A stretch of DNA of 18,732 nt from a virus (taxonomy: Duplodnaviria > Heunggongvirae > Uroviricota > Caudoviricetes). Every line of letters starts with the position of its first letter. The stretch's first letter is position 1. The stretch lies in the IMG/VR virus record IMGVR_UViG_3300042922_001472; one strand, written 5' to 3'. Made by a program: the position numbers and the translations under genes. Of the stretch, positions 6,069 to 14,893 are shown piece by piece. Below the pieces are notes generated by a model. The model was not told the DNA's origin. It was given only the letters and a program-made list of their open reading frames with translations, and searched no databases.

Positions 6069-8030
6069 TTGAGTAATTATGACGCAAGTTCGATTGAAAT
6101 ATTAGAAGGATTAGAACACGTAAGAAAACGACCTGGTATGTATATTGGTAGTACAAACACAAGAGGATTGCACCATCTTGTGTATGAAATTGTAGATAAT
6201 TCGATAGACGAACATCTTGCTGGGTATTGTAGTAAAATAGAAGTTATTATTAATGAAGATGGCTCAATAACTGTAACAGATAATGGAAGAGGTATGCCAG
6301 TTGGAATACATCCATCAAAGAAAATTCCTGCTGTTAGGGTAATCTTCACTGTATTAAATGCTGGGGGGAAATTTAATAATAATAATTATAAAGTATCAGG
6401 TGGGCTTCATGGAGTAGGAGCTTCAGTTGTAAATGCTTTATCAAAGTGGCTTGAGGTAGAAGTATCAGTCGGTGGTAAGGTTTATAAAGATAGGTATGAA
6501 AATGGTGGTAAACCAGTCATAGAATTAGTTAAAGGAGAATTGCCAGCTATAGGTAAATCTACAGAAACAGGAACTAAGGTTACATTTTTCCCAGACGGAG
6601 AAATTATGGATTCCTTAGAGTTTAAAGCTGAAGTTATAAAGAAAAGATTAAAAGAATTATCTTATTTAAATAAAGGTCTTAGAATAAATTTTGAAGATAA
6701 AAGAACAGGCGAAAGTAGAGAATTTTATGAAGAAGAAGGAATTGTAGGCTTTATAAAAGATATAAATAAAAATGTGGAGAAACTTCATGACGATGTTATT
6801 TATATCTCTGGAAATTCTTCTAAAATTGAAGTTGAAATAGCAATTCAATTTACAAATGAGTATACTGAACAAATTCTGTCTTTTTGCAATAATATAGGAA
6901 CAATTGAAGGTGGAACTCATGTAAGTGGATTTAAGGCAAGTTTAACAAGAATTATTAACCAATATGCTAAAGAACTTGGCTATTTAAAGGAGAAAGACAC
7001 AAATTTAGATGGAAGAGATATAAGAGCTGGAATATCAGCTATTGTGCTCCTAAAACATCCTAACCCACAATATGAGGGACAAACTAAAACAAAGCTTGGA
7101 AATTCAGATGCAAAAGGTGCTGTTGAAGAAATATTTAATATAGAAAGTCAAAAATTCTTCGATAGAAATGTAGAAATATTAAAAATTATCATTGAAAATG
7201 CTTTAAAATCAATGAAAATTAGAACAGCAGAAGAAAAAGTACGAAAGAACTTATTAGGTGGAAATGGAAAGTTTGAGGGTAATGGGAAATTAGCTTCTTG
7301 TATTAGTAAAAATCCAACAGAATGTGAAATTTGTATAGTTGAGGGTAATTCTGCAGGTGGCTCTGCAAAAGAAGCAAGAGATAGAAAATATCAAGCAATT
7401 CTTCCTTTAAGAGGGAAAATTTTAAATGTGGAAAAAAAAGATATCTCAAAAATCATCACAAATGCTGAGATAAAATCCATGATAAATTCATTTGGCTGTG
7501 GATTTGGCGAAGGATACGGTGATGATTTTGATATTAAAAAATTAAGATTTGACAAAATAATAATTTTAACTGATGCCGATGTTGACGGTGCACATATAAG
7601 AACCTTACTATTAACATTCTTTTATAGATATATGACAGAATTAATTTATGAAGGGAAAGTATATATTGGGATGCCTCCATTGTATAAAGTGACAAAAAAG
7701 AAAGCAACAAAACCTGTATTTGTAAGGAATGACAAATCAACAAAAGCTACAAATTTAGAATATTGCTATTCAGATAAAGAACTTGAAAAAATATTAAAAG
7801 TTGAAGGCAAAAATGCAATAAATATTCAACGATACAAAGGTCTTGGAGAAATGAACCCTGACCAGCTTTGGGAAACAACATTAGACCCTAAAACAAGATT
7901 TCTAAAAAAAGTATCAATTGAGGATGCAGTATCATCTGATGAAATAACTGATGTACTAATGGGTATTCAAGTAAATCCACGTAGAGATTTTATTTATGAA
8001 AATGCAACATTTGCAGAACTTGATATATAG
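6069..8030 (+). CDS. parE: Type IIA DNA topoisomerase subunit B (GyrB/ParE family; probably topo IV-like)
   Basis: LEGLEHVRKRPGMYIG, EIVDNSIDE, DNGRG, SGGLHGVGASVVNALS, EGNSAGG, PLRGKILN, TDADVDG, QRYKGLGEMNPDQLWETT. TTG start with AGGAGG RBS. The family is certain; parE versus gyrB is inferred from the partner lacking a GyrA-box. Confidence 0.9.
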   Translation: MSNYDASSIEILEGLEHVRKRPGMYIGSTNTRGLHHLVYEIVDNSIDEHLAGYCSKIEVIINEDGSITVTDNGRGMPVGIHPSKKIPAVRVIFTVLNAGGKFNNNNYKVSGGLHGVGASVVNALSKWLEVEVSVGGKVYKDRYENGGKPVIELVKGELPAIGKSTETGTKVTFFPDGEIMDSLEFKAEVIKKRLKELSYLNKGLRINFEDKRTGESREFYEEEGIVGFIKDINKNVEKLHDDVIYISGNSSKIEVEIAIQFTNEYTEQILSFCNNIGTIEGGTHVSGFKASLTRIINQYAKELGYLKEKDTNLDGRDIRAGISAIVLLKHPNPQYEGQTKTKLGNSDAKGAVEEIFNIESQKFFDRNVEILKIIIENALKSMKIRTAEEKVRKNLLGGNGKFEGNGKLASCISKNPTECEICIVEGNSAGGSAKEARDRKYQAILPLRGKILNVEKKDISKIITNAEIKSMINSFGCGFGEGYGDDFDIKKLRFDKIIILTDADVDGAHIRTLLLTFFYRYMTELIYEGKVYIGMPPLYKVTKKKATKPVFVRNDKSTKATNLEYCYSDKELEKILKVEGKNAINIQRYKGLGEMNPDQLWETTLDPKTRFLKKVSIEDAVSSDEITDVLMGIQVNPRRDFIYENATFAELDI

Positions 8031-8109
8031 ATTTTATTTAACATAAATTAGTAAAAACAGGGAGGAAAGTAGAGTAAATTTTTTAGGATTTATTCTATAA
8101 AAATAAATA

Positions 8110-10344
8110 ATGATTAATGAAGCAGAAAGAATAATTGAAGTCGATTACGAAGAAGAAATGAGAAAGTCCTATTTAGATTATGCAATGTCTGTTATTGTAA
8201 GTAGAGCATTAGCTGATGTCAGAGACGGATTAAAACCAGTTCATAGGAGAATTTTATATTCTGCACATGAATTAGGGTTAACACCAGATAAGCCATATAA
8301 AAAGAGTGCACGTATAGTTGGGGATGTACTTGGTAAATATCATCCTCATGGTGACACTTCTGTATATGAAGCTATGGTTAGAATGGCACAAAATTTTTCA
8401 TTAGCAGTTCCTTTAATAGAAGGGTTTGGTAATTTTGGTAGCATAGATGGAGACGGAGCGGCCGCTATGCGTTACACCGAGGCAAGAATGTCTCATGCTA
8501 CTATAGAAATGTTGTCAGACCTTGAAAAAGACGTTATCGACTTTACTGACAATTTTGATAGTTCATTAAAAGAACCTTCTGTTTTGCCTGCGAAGTTCCC
8601 AAACTTATTAATAAATGGCACTAATGGTATTGCTGTAGGTATGGCAAGTTATATGCCAACCCATAATACTACGGAAATTTATAATGCAATATTAAATTAT
8701 ATAGATAATCCGAATATTACTGTAGAAGGAATAATGAAATATATTAAAGGTCCTGACTTTCCTACTGGTGGAATTATAACAAATAAAAATGATTTGCTTG
8801 ATATTTATAAAACTGGTAAAGGAAAGGTTAGAGTTAGAGCAAAAGTAGAAGTTGAAAATGCTGGGCATGGAAAAACTAATTTAGTTGTGACTGAAATAGC
8901 ATTCTCATATAGTGGAAATAAATCAGCTATTATTGAAAAAATATCTGAACTTGTTCGTGACGGGAAATTTAATGAATTATCTGATGTAAGAGATGAATCT
9001 TCTAAAGACGGAATAAGAATGGTGCTTGAAGTAAAAAAGGGAATTAATATAGAAAAGTTGTTAACTAAACTTTATAAAAAAACGCCACTTGAAGATACAA
9101 TAGGAGTTAAATTTCTTGTTTTAGTTGATGGAGTGCCAGTAGTATTAAGTATAAAACAAATTATTGAACACTTTGTTAAGTTTCAAAAGGAAATTACAAT
9201 TAGAAAATACAGATATCTTTTGGAGAAAGATTTAAAGAAGAAAGAATTGCAAGAAGGTTTAATAAAAGCTATTGATGTTATGGATACAATAATTGAAGTT
9301 ATTAGAAATTCAGAAAATGATGAAATAGTAAAAAATTGTCTTGTAAATGGAAAAATTGACAATATTAGTTTTAAAACTAAAAAAGCTAAAAAAGAAGCTT
9401 CAACATTTAATTTTACGGAAAATCAAGCTGAGGTTATCATAGACATGAGACTTAGAAAATTGATTGGACTTGAAATTTTGAAACTAAATGAAGACTATAA
9501 AAATCTACTAAAAGAGATAGAATATTATACTGATGTAGTTAATAATGAAACAACATTGATGTGTGTAATAAAAGATTATCTAAAAGAGCAGAAGAAAGTT
9601 TATGGCGTTAAAAGAAAAACAGAAATAGATACTGTTGAAACAGTTGAATATGTCGAAGAGTTTATTGAGGAAGAATTAGTTGTCCTAATAGACCGTTTTG
9701 GATATATAAAATCAATAGATTCTGTAAGTTATAACCGTTCTAATGAAGAAACTATTAAAGATTTTAAGTATACCTTTAATGCAATGAATACTGAAAAACT
9801 ATGTGTATTCACTGATTTAGGGAACTTGTATCAAATTAAACTTACTGATATACCGAAGGTTAAGATTAAAGAAAAAGGTATACCAATAGATACCTTGGCT
9901 AAAATGGGGAAAGAAGAAGTGTTGTTAATGGAGACATTTAACAATGTTAAAGATAAAAAACTTATGTTTGTAACAAAACGTGGATTAATAAAAGTAACAC
10001 CAGGAATTGAATACGAAAGTGTACGGGCACAAATTAATTCTACAAAGTTTGAGGAAGGTGACAGTTTATCAGATATTAAATTGATAGACAATGAAAATAA
10101 TTATAAATATGTAATATTAACCACTAAAAAGAATTATGCTTTGAAATTTGATATATCACTTGTAAACGAATTAAAGAAAAATAGTAAAGGTGTTAAATCA
10201 ATTGTTCTATATGAAGATGATTATGTTGAAAATATATATCTGTTAGATAAGAATGAAGAAAAGATGATTACTGTTAATGGTAAGTCTGTAGATTTAAAAA
10301 AAATGAGAATGAAACAAAGAAATCAGATAGGTGTTAAATTATAA
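8110..10344 (+). CDS. parC: Type IIA DNA topoisomerase subunit A (GyrA/ParC family; short CTD without GyrA-box, topo IV-like)
   Basis: [31 protein letters not shown](T83)SVY(E87), catalytic AAMRY122TE, GPDFPTG. At 744 aa it has no QxRGGKG GyrA-box at the start of the CTD. Confidence 0.88.
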   Translation: MINEAERIIEVDYEEEMRKSYLDYAMSVIVSRALADVRDGLKPVHRRILYSAHELGLTPDKPYKKSARIVGDVLGKYHPHGDTSVYEAMVRMAQNFSLAVPLIEGFGNFGSIDGDGAAAMRYTEARMSHATIEMLSDLEKDVIDFTDNFDSSLKEPSVLPAKFPNLLINGTNGIAVGMASYMPTHNTTEIYNAILNYIDNPNITVEGIMKYIKGPDFPTGGIITNKNDLLDIYKTGKGKVRVRAKVEVENAGHGKTNLVVTEIAFSYSGNKSAIIEKISELVRDGKFNELSDVRDESSKDGIRMVLEVKKGINIEKLLTKLYKKTPLEDTIGVKFLVLVDGVPVVLSIKQIIEHFVKFQKEITIRKYRYLLEKDLKKKELQEGLIKAIDVMDTIIEVIRNSENDEIVKNCLVNGKIDNISFKTKKAKKEASTFNFTENQAEVIIDMRLRKLIGLEILKLNEDYKNLLKEIEYYTDVVNNETTLMCVIKDYLKEQKKVYGVKRKTEIDTVETVEYVEEFIEEELVVLIDRFGYIKSIDSVSYNRSNEETIKDFKYTFNAMNTEKLCVFTDLGNLYQIKLTDIPKVKIKEKGIPIDTLAKMGKEEVLLMETFNNVKDKKLMFVTKRGLIKVTPGIEYESVRAQINSTKFEEGDSLSDIKLIDNENNYKYVILTTKKNYALKFDISLVNELKKNSKGVKSIVLYEDDYVENIYLLDKNEEKMITVNGKSVDLKKMRMKQRNQIGVKL

Positions 10345-10388
10345 CAATTGTTCGCAAGCTGGTTTTATCTACAATTGTAAATGCTTTT

Positions 10389-10422
10389 AAAATGACTGTT
10401 TTCTATAATCAGTCATTTTTTA
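10389..10422 (+). terminator. Intrinsic terminator of the topoisomerase operon
   Basis: AAAATGACTG (10389-10398) pairs with CAGTCATTTT (10410-10419), followed by a T-run. Confidence 0.75.
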
Positions 10423-10484
10423 TTGAAATTTAAGCGTTTTAAATGAGAATTAAAAATAATACTCTGCTGGATTGTAAATTTAAA

Positions 10485-10513
10485 TTGACAAATAAATTTA
10501 AGTATGATATAGT
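10485..10513 (+). promoter_or_regulatory. Near-consensus sigma-A promoter with extended -10
   Basis: TTGACA (10485-10490), 17 bp, TATAGT (10508-10513), preceded by TGA. Confidence 0.75.
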
Positions 10514-10543
10514 TTAGAAAATAAAATTTAAAGGATGGTTAAT

Positions 10544-10774
10544 ATGGAAAACACTGTTGGAACTAAAATTATCGGAAACGAATACGAGGCAATTAATCAA
10601 TTGCCAAAAATACTTAAGGAGGGAGAAAGCTCTGATATTAGTAAAGGGGAGAAATTTAAAGTAGTGGCGTTTGAGGATGGTATGTATAAATTATTAAACT
10701 TAAATTTAGAAACTGATTCAGCGTGGTTTGCAGTAGACCAAAAAGAATTTGATTATATTGTTGGAAAAAATTAA
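10544..10774 (+). CDS. Small acidic hypothetical protein (~76 aa), monocistronic, possibly an SH3-like beta-barrel
   Basis: Own promoter and terminator. AAGGA at 10531-10535 favours the ATG at 10544 over 10535. The pattern KGEKFKVVAFEDGMYKL...WFAV is SH3-like (inference). Confidence 0.75.
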   Translation: MENTVGTKIIGNEYEAINQLPKILKEGESSDISKGEKFKVVAFEDGMYKLLNLNLETDSAWFAVDQKEFDYIVGKN

Positions 10775-10792
10775 TTAAACAAATAAATATAG

Positions 10793-10843
10793 AACAAAAA
10801 AACACAAGGTTAAATATAGCTACAAACCTTGTGTTTTTTTGTT
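10793..10843. terminator. Long inverted repeat / intrinsic terminator
   Basis: Perfect 19-bp arms AACAAAAAAACACAAGGTT (10793-10811) and AACCTTGTGTTTTTTTGTT (10825-10843). Confidence 0.8.
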
Positions 10844-10881
10844 TGGTAATTTAATCGTCTATAGGTAAGTAAAATATAACA

Positions 10882-10910
10882 TTGACTATAAACAATTATA
10901 AGAGTATTAT
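10882..10910 (+). promoter_or_regulatory. Sigma-A promoter overlapped by a TTGACTATAGTCAA-like site
   Basis: TTGACT (10882-10887), 17 bp, TATTAT (10905-10910). 10882-10895 TTGACTATAAACAA matches the palindrome at 12/14. Confidence 0.7.
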
Positions 10911-10941
10911 ATAGTTAGTAAATTTAATAAATGGAGGCATT

Positions 10942-11838
10942 ATGAAATATAAAGTAAAATGCAATAAAGAAATAAATAATTTTATCAAAGTATTGAATGA
11001 TGAAAAAATTGAAGTTATATCAACAGATTTGACAACTGTTGAAGTTTTGCTTAAAGATGAAAAAGAATTTGATTTATTTATAAAGATACTTTCATTTTTT
11101 ATTGTCTATATTTCTTATATAGATTTAATGAAAGAAAATTTCACAAAAATTGGAGTCGCTAAAAAAGAAATGAACCAGATATTGAAAGAAGAGCTAATTA
11201 ATTTAGAAGATTCTGAATATTTTCCAGTGTTAACAGAAATCCTTGTTAAAGATTATTTTAGAAATATGAATACGCTCAATGTAGATAGTTTTAGATTATT
11301 TAATATGAAAGGGTTTAAAGAAGAAATACAATTAATAGCAAAAGATATAATAGATTTTCGTGAATTTGAAAAATCTGAAGTTGGCGAAGGTAACTTTTTA
11401 GACGAAATAATTTCTAAAAGTGAAGAAATAATTAATCAAGACTCCGAAGTTTTTACTGTTATAAGAGAAAATGCAGAAAAAAACGGAATTGACCTTAAAG
11501 AATTTGAAGAAATAAATGTATTTGGTAATGAAGATAAATTATTTTTCAAAAACAAAAGCAAAAAGAATGTTGATGAAGAATTTTTTGCTACAAAATTAGG
11601 AAGTAGTTTAACTTACAAATCTGAAAATGTTGAAAGTGTTAATGACGTAAATACTTTAAGAGATATATTACTTTGTTTATGTATTTTAAATGTATTTCCA
11701 GTAAATAAAATTATCATTCATAAAAGCGTTTCTGATAAAGCAAAAGATTTATTTCTCTACAATCTTGAAGTTTTTAAAAAAGAGAATGAAAAAACATTTA
11801 ATATTGTCATTTGTAATGGATGTGAAAGTTGTGATTAG
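10942..11838 (+). CDS. Putative sporulation protein YtxC-like
   Basis: TLNVDSFRLFNMKGFKEEI resembles the YtxC LNIEGFxxFRLKxY block. The C-terminus KIIIH...VF...CNGCESC resembles the YtxC IIIH...CxxCxxC end. Size (298 aa) fits. GGAGG RBS. Recognised from memory, not searched. Confidence 0.55.
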   Translation: MKYKVKCNKEINNFIKVLNDEKIEVISTDLTTVEVLLKDEKEFDLFIKILSFFIVYISYIDLMKENFTKIGVAKKEMNQILKEELINLEDSEYFPVLTEILVKDYFRNMNTLNVDSFRLFNMKGFKEEIQLIAKDIIDFREFEKSEVGEGNFLDEIISKSEEIINQDSEVFTVIRENAEKNGIDLKEFEEINVFGNEDKLFFKNKSKKNVDEEFFATKLGSSLTYKSENVESVNDVNTLRDILLCLCILNVFPVNKIIIHKSVSDKAKDLFLYNLEVFKKENEKTFNIVICNGCESCD

Positions 11839-12412
11839 TGAAAACTCAATCGTAGGGGTAGGTATTGACCAAGGTATTGCTAATTGCGGTTATGCAATTG
11901 TGGAGCTTACAGTTTTTGACGAAATAAATATATTATCATATGGGACATTGAAAACTAAATCAAGTGACGATTTATCAACACGTCTCAGACTGATTTATGA
12001 CACAATAAACAATATTTCAAATGAATATAATGTAAATATATATGGTTGTGAAAGATTGTTTTTTAGTCCAAAACAGAATGGCAGAAATAAATCCGCATCT
12101 ATCATAAATACTAATATGGCTACAGGGGTTATTTATTTAATTGCAGGACAAAAAAATGTGCATATTAAGGATTTTGTACCTGGCACAGTTAAAAAATACG
12201 TAGCAGGTAATGGTAAGGCAACTAAAGAACAAGTAGAAGAAGCTGTTCAAAAAATCATTGGTGATGAAAGTATTATAAAATCAGAGCATGAAGCAGATGC
12301 TATAGCGATTGCTGTAACAAGTGTAAAATATTATAAAGAAAATAAGAATGAAATTTCAGAAAGAGAAATAAATTCAAAAACAAAAAAAAATAAGAAAAAG
12401 AAGGGAGAGTAA
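11831..12412 (+). CDS. ruvC: Holliday junction resolvase RuvC
   Basis: GIDQG..NCGYAIV, CERLFF, VKKYVAGNGKATKEQV, HEADAIAIA: the D/E/H/D catalytic set is present. Likely start is GTG at 11831 (MISENSIVGVGIDQG), overlapping the upstream stop, rather than 11765. Confidence 0.92.
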   Translation: MISENSIVGVGIDQGIANCGYAIVELTVFDEINILSYGTLKTKSSDDLSTRLRLIYDTINNISNEYNVNIYGCERLFFSPKQNGRNKSASIINTNMATGVIYLIAGQKNVHIKDFVPGTVKKYVAGNGKATKEQVEEAVQKIIGDESIIKSEHEADAIAIAVTSVKYYKENKNEISEREINSKTKKNKKKKGE

Positions 12413-12415
12413 AGA

Positions 12416-13945
12416 TTGAAAAATAAAAAAATATTGTTTTTAGTAATAGGTCTAATAATTGCATTATCACTTATTGTAATATCTTTTTTTATGAAAAATA
12501 AAGAAGAAGTTGGGGAAATACATTTAGAAGAAGAACAACATGTATTGCCAGAACATGCACTACAATTAATTTCATTTACTAATAATGGTTTAGTATCACT
12601 CTATAATACAAATACAACGAAGAATATTGATACATTTGATTTAAAAAGATTTATTGAATTTGAAGAAGTAATAGTTACTGAAAATCCAATACAAGAACCG
12701 ATTAAAGAACCCATAAAAGAAATCCCTGCTGAAGAATTACCAGTAGAGATACCTAAAGAAACACCTGAAAAAAACTTGGAGTATTACAAGAATTTTATTA
12801 AAACTCCAATTACCATTGAAAAAGGGGATAGTGCTTGGAAAATTCAAAAAAGTTTAACTCCTACAAGAAATATTGCAATTATGTTAGAACTGGTAAAAGA
12901 GGTTAATGGAAATAAAACACTTCATCCAATATATCCAGGAGAAGAAAGAATTTTTCTAAGTGAACCTGATATTACAAAACCAACTGTTGAAACATTAAAA
13001 GATGAAGAGTTAAAAGCTGAAGAACCTATAATCGAAGAACATAAAGTAGAAGTAACACCAGAAGAACCTGTAATTGGTATTATAAATAAGGAAGTTAAAT
13101 TATCAAACGATACAGTATTTAAATACAGCAAATCAGAAGAAACAAACACATTATATGCTTATAATGATATTTCTAAATCATTTTATTCTATAACCTCAGA
13201 GAATGGAAAATTAAAAGCTAATGTACTATTTACAAATTCATCCATTCAAGGATTAATAGATTTTAAGATAATAGAGGGAGATATATATTATTTGTTTAAT
13301 AATGGCAATAGCGTTAACAAGGTAACTCTATCAAACCCATATTCGCTTAAAACGATTAATCTTGAAGGAATTACTGATTGTTGGACAGTTAAAGATAATG
13401 TTTTATATTATAGTTTTAATGATAATCTTAGTAAAATCGACTTAACAAATGATGAAAAAACAAATATTTTAATTGGTGATAAAACTCTGGATATGTTCTT
13501 TGTTAATGATACATTATTTGTATTAAACACATTTGGAAGTAAAGAAAATAATTCAATATTATTAAAAATAGATACTGCAGATTTAAATGTAGATAAAATT
13601 TTAGAACTTAATAATAGTGATAATTTTATATTATCAGTTGAAAATAAGAGCGTTGCATATTTGGGACAAATTGAAAAAACTACTGAATTAAATAAAAATA
13701 TTACAAAAAACAAAGTTGTTGCTTCTGTAGATTTAAATTTAATGGAGTTAAAACAATCATTTAAAAATATTGACTTTAATAAAACTGTAAGTGGAACGAC
13801 TGGATATATATATGTCTTAAATGATAGTAATGTAAATATCCATAACACAAAGGGTAATATCGAAAAGAGCTTTTCTGTTGAAGGAAATAATATTATGCCT
13901 TTGAAGGTGGCAGGAGAGAATAAATTACTACTTAAATTAAATTAA
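12416..13945 (+). CDS. Membrane-anchored exported protein with Pro/Glu-rich linkers, a LysM-like domain and a probable beta-propeller
   Basis: N-terminal TM (ILFLVIGLIIALSLIVISFF). ITIEKGDSAWKIQ...KEVNG....IYPGE..I (aa ~132-181) is LysM-like. Repeated 4-strand units (e.g. IDFKIIEGDIYYL, CWTVKDNVLYYS, LDMFFVNDTLFVL) follow. TTG start with AAGGGAG RBS. Confidence 0.65.
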   Translation: MKNKKILFLVIGLIIALSLIVISFFMKNKEEVGEIHLEEEQHVLPEHALQLISFTNNGLVSLYNTNTTKNIDTFDLKRFIEFEEVIVTENPIQEPIKEPIKEIPAEELPVEIPKETPEKNLEYYKNFIKTPITIEKGDSAWKIQKSLTPTRNIAIMLELVKEVNGNKTLHPIYPGEERIFLSEPDITKPTVETLKDEELKAEEPIIEEHKVEVTPEEPVIGIINKEVKLSNDTVFKYSKSEETNTLYAYNDISKSFYSITSENGKLKANVLFTNSSIQGLIDFKIIEGDIYYLFNNGNSVNKVTLSNPYSLKTINLEGITDCWTVKDNVLYYSFNDNLSKIDLTNDEKTNILIGDKTLDMFFVNDTLFVLNTFGSKENNSILLKIDTADLNVDKILELNNSDNFILSVENKSVAYLGQIEKTTELNKNITKNKVVASVDLNLMELKQSFKNIDFNKTVSGTTGYIYVLNDSNVNIHNTKGNIEKSFSVEGNNIMPLKVAGENKLLLKLN

Positions 13946-13963
13946 TTATTAAGGGAGGTTTGA

Positions 13964-14788
13964 ATGACAATATACAAAGATTATAATAGCAATTTTTTAG
14001 GGGAAGCACCAAAATATAAAGAAGAAAAAGATATTCTAAATTACTTTTTATATGTATTTGAATTTAACTGGACTTTACCAGCATTTGAACAATATCAAGC
14101 AAATATTAGAGAGCATTTTGAGTTTGAGTTAAATAAAATATTAAATACAAATAAAGAACTTAGTAATGAAAAACAGTGGTGGGGACTTATTTTAATTGCA
14201 CTTAGAGATATTTCAATAGAAGCAGAATTTCATTATGCAGTTGAAATTATAAATAAGATATTTAAAAGTATAAAGATAACATCAGAAGATAGCTTGAAGG
14301 AATCTGCTAACAAGATAAATAGTGCATTATTTTCAGAAATACCAGATGTTTTATGGATAAGACCATTAGAATTAGTGGCATTAAATTCAGATGCATTAAC
14401 TAATGATAATGCTATGAATTATTTGCTTGAAAACACAGAAGCTATAAAAAAAATTTTTACTAAAAATCTAACGCAAAAAGATGTAAATATGGAATATATG
14501 AACAACTTATTGATTAATGGAAAAAAATTTGATTTAAAATATGCTGATTTTTGGAGTATTTATTTTGAAGTATTTATTTTGTATTTTATATCAATATATG
14601 ACTTTCTTCAATATTCAGATAAGTTGAATCACAAAGAACAAATAGAACATATTGCTGAATTATTAAAAAAGACAAATTTGGTTTTCTTCGTAGCGTCTAT
14701 TAAAAATAAAATAAAAATAGATAAGGTAAATAATGAAGTTACTGAACTTGTAGTTCCATTTATGCAAAAGGATAATGAAAACATATAA
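13964..14788 (+). CDS. Hypothetical all-alpha-looking protein (274 aa)
   Basis: AAGGGAGG RBS, 18 bp after the previous stop; no motif recognised. Confidence 0.8.
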   Translation: MTIYKDYNSNFLGEAPKYKEEKDILNYFLYVFEFNWTLPAFEQYQANIREHFEFELNKILNTNKELSNEKQWWGLILIALRDISIEAEFHYAVEIINKIFKSIKITSEDSLKESANKINSALFSEIPDVLWIRPLELVALNSDALTNDNAMNYLLENTEAIKKIFTKNLTQKDVNMEYMNNLLINGKKFDLKYADFWSIYFEVFILYFISIYDFLQYSDKLNHKEQIEHIAELLKKTNLVFFVASIKNKIKIDKVNNEVTELVVPFMQKDNENI

Positions 14789-14832
14789 TTACGAGTACAC
14801 AACTTAAAGTGTGGACTATTTATACAAAATGA

Positions 14833-14893
14833 ATAATTTATAGTAAAAGCCTTCAGTTCTTTAATAATACTGAAGGCTTTTATTATAAATTAT
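14833..14893. terminator. Long inverted repeat / bidirectional terminator
   Basis: 25-bp arms (14833-14857 and 14869-14893) with a single G-T pair and an 11-nt loop; TTTT follows the GC core on both strands. Confidence 0.8.

Noticed and set aside
8356-8370. Thr83 in the ParC/GyrA QRDR as a resistance allele
   Set aside because: Thr is the wild-type residue in clostridial GyrA (C. difficile T82), and Glu87 is also wild-type-like.
6077-10091. - strand ORFs 6077-6349, 6666-6920, 7534-7743 and 9831-10091
   Set aside because: Antisense shadows inside the conserved topoisomerase genes.
11765-11830. N-terminal 22 codons of the tracked RuvC ORF
   Set aside because: They overlap the upstream gene by 74 bp with no SD; RuvC homology starts just after the GTG at 11831.
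12922-13848. - strand ORFs 12922-13149 and 13408-13848
   Set aside because: Antisense to the 509 aa surface protein; composition typical of shadow frames.
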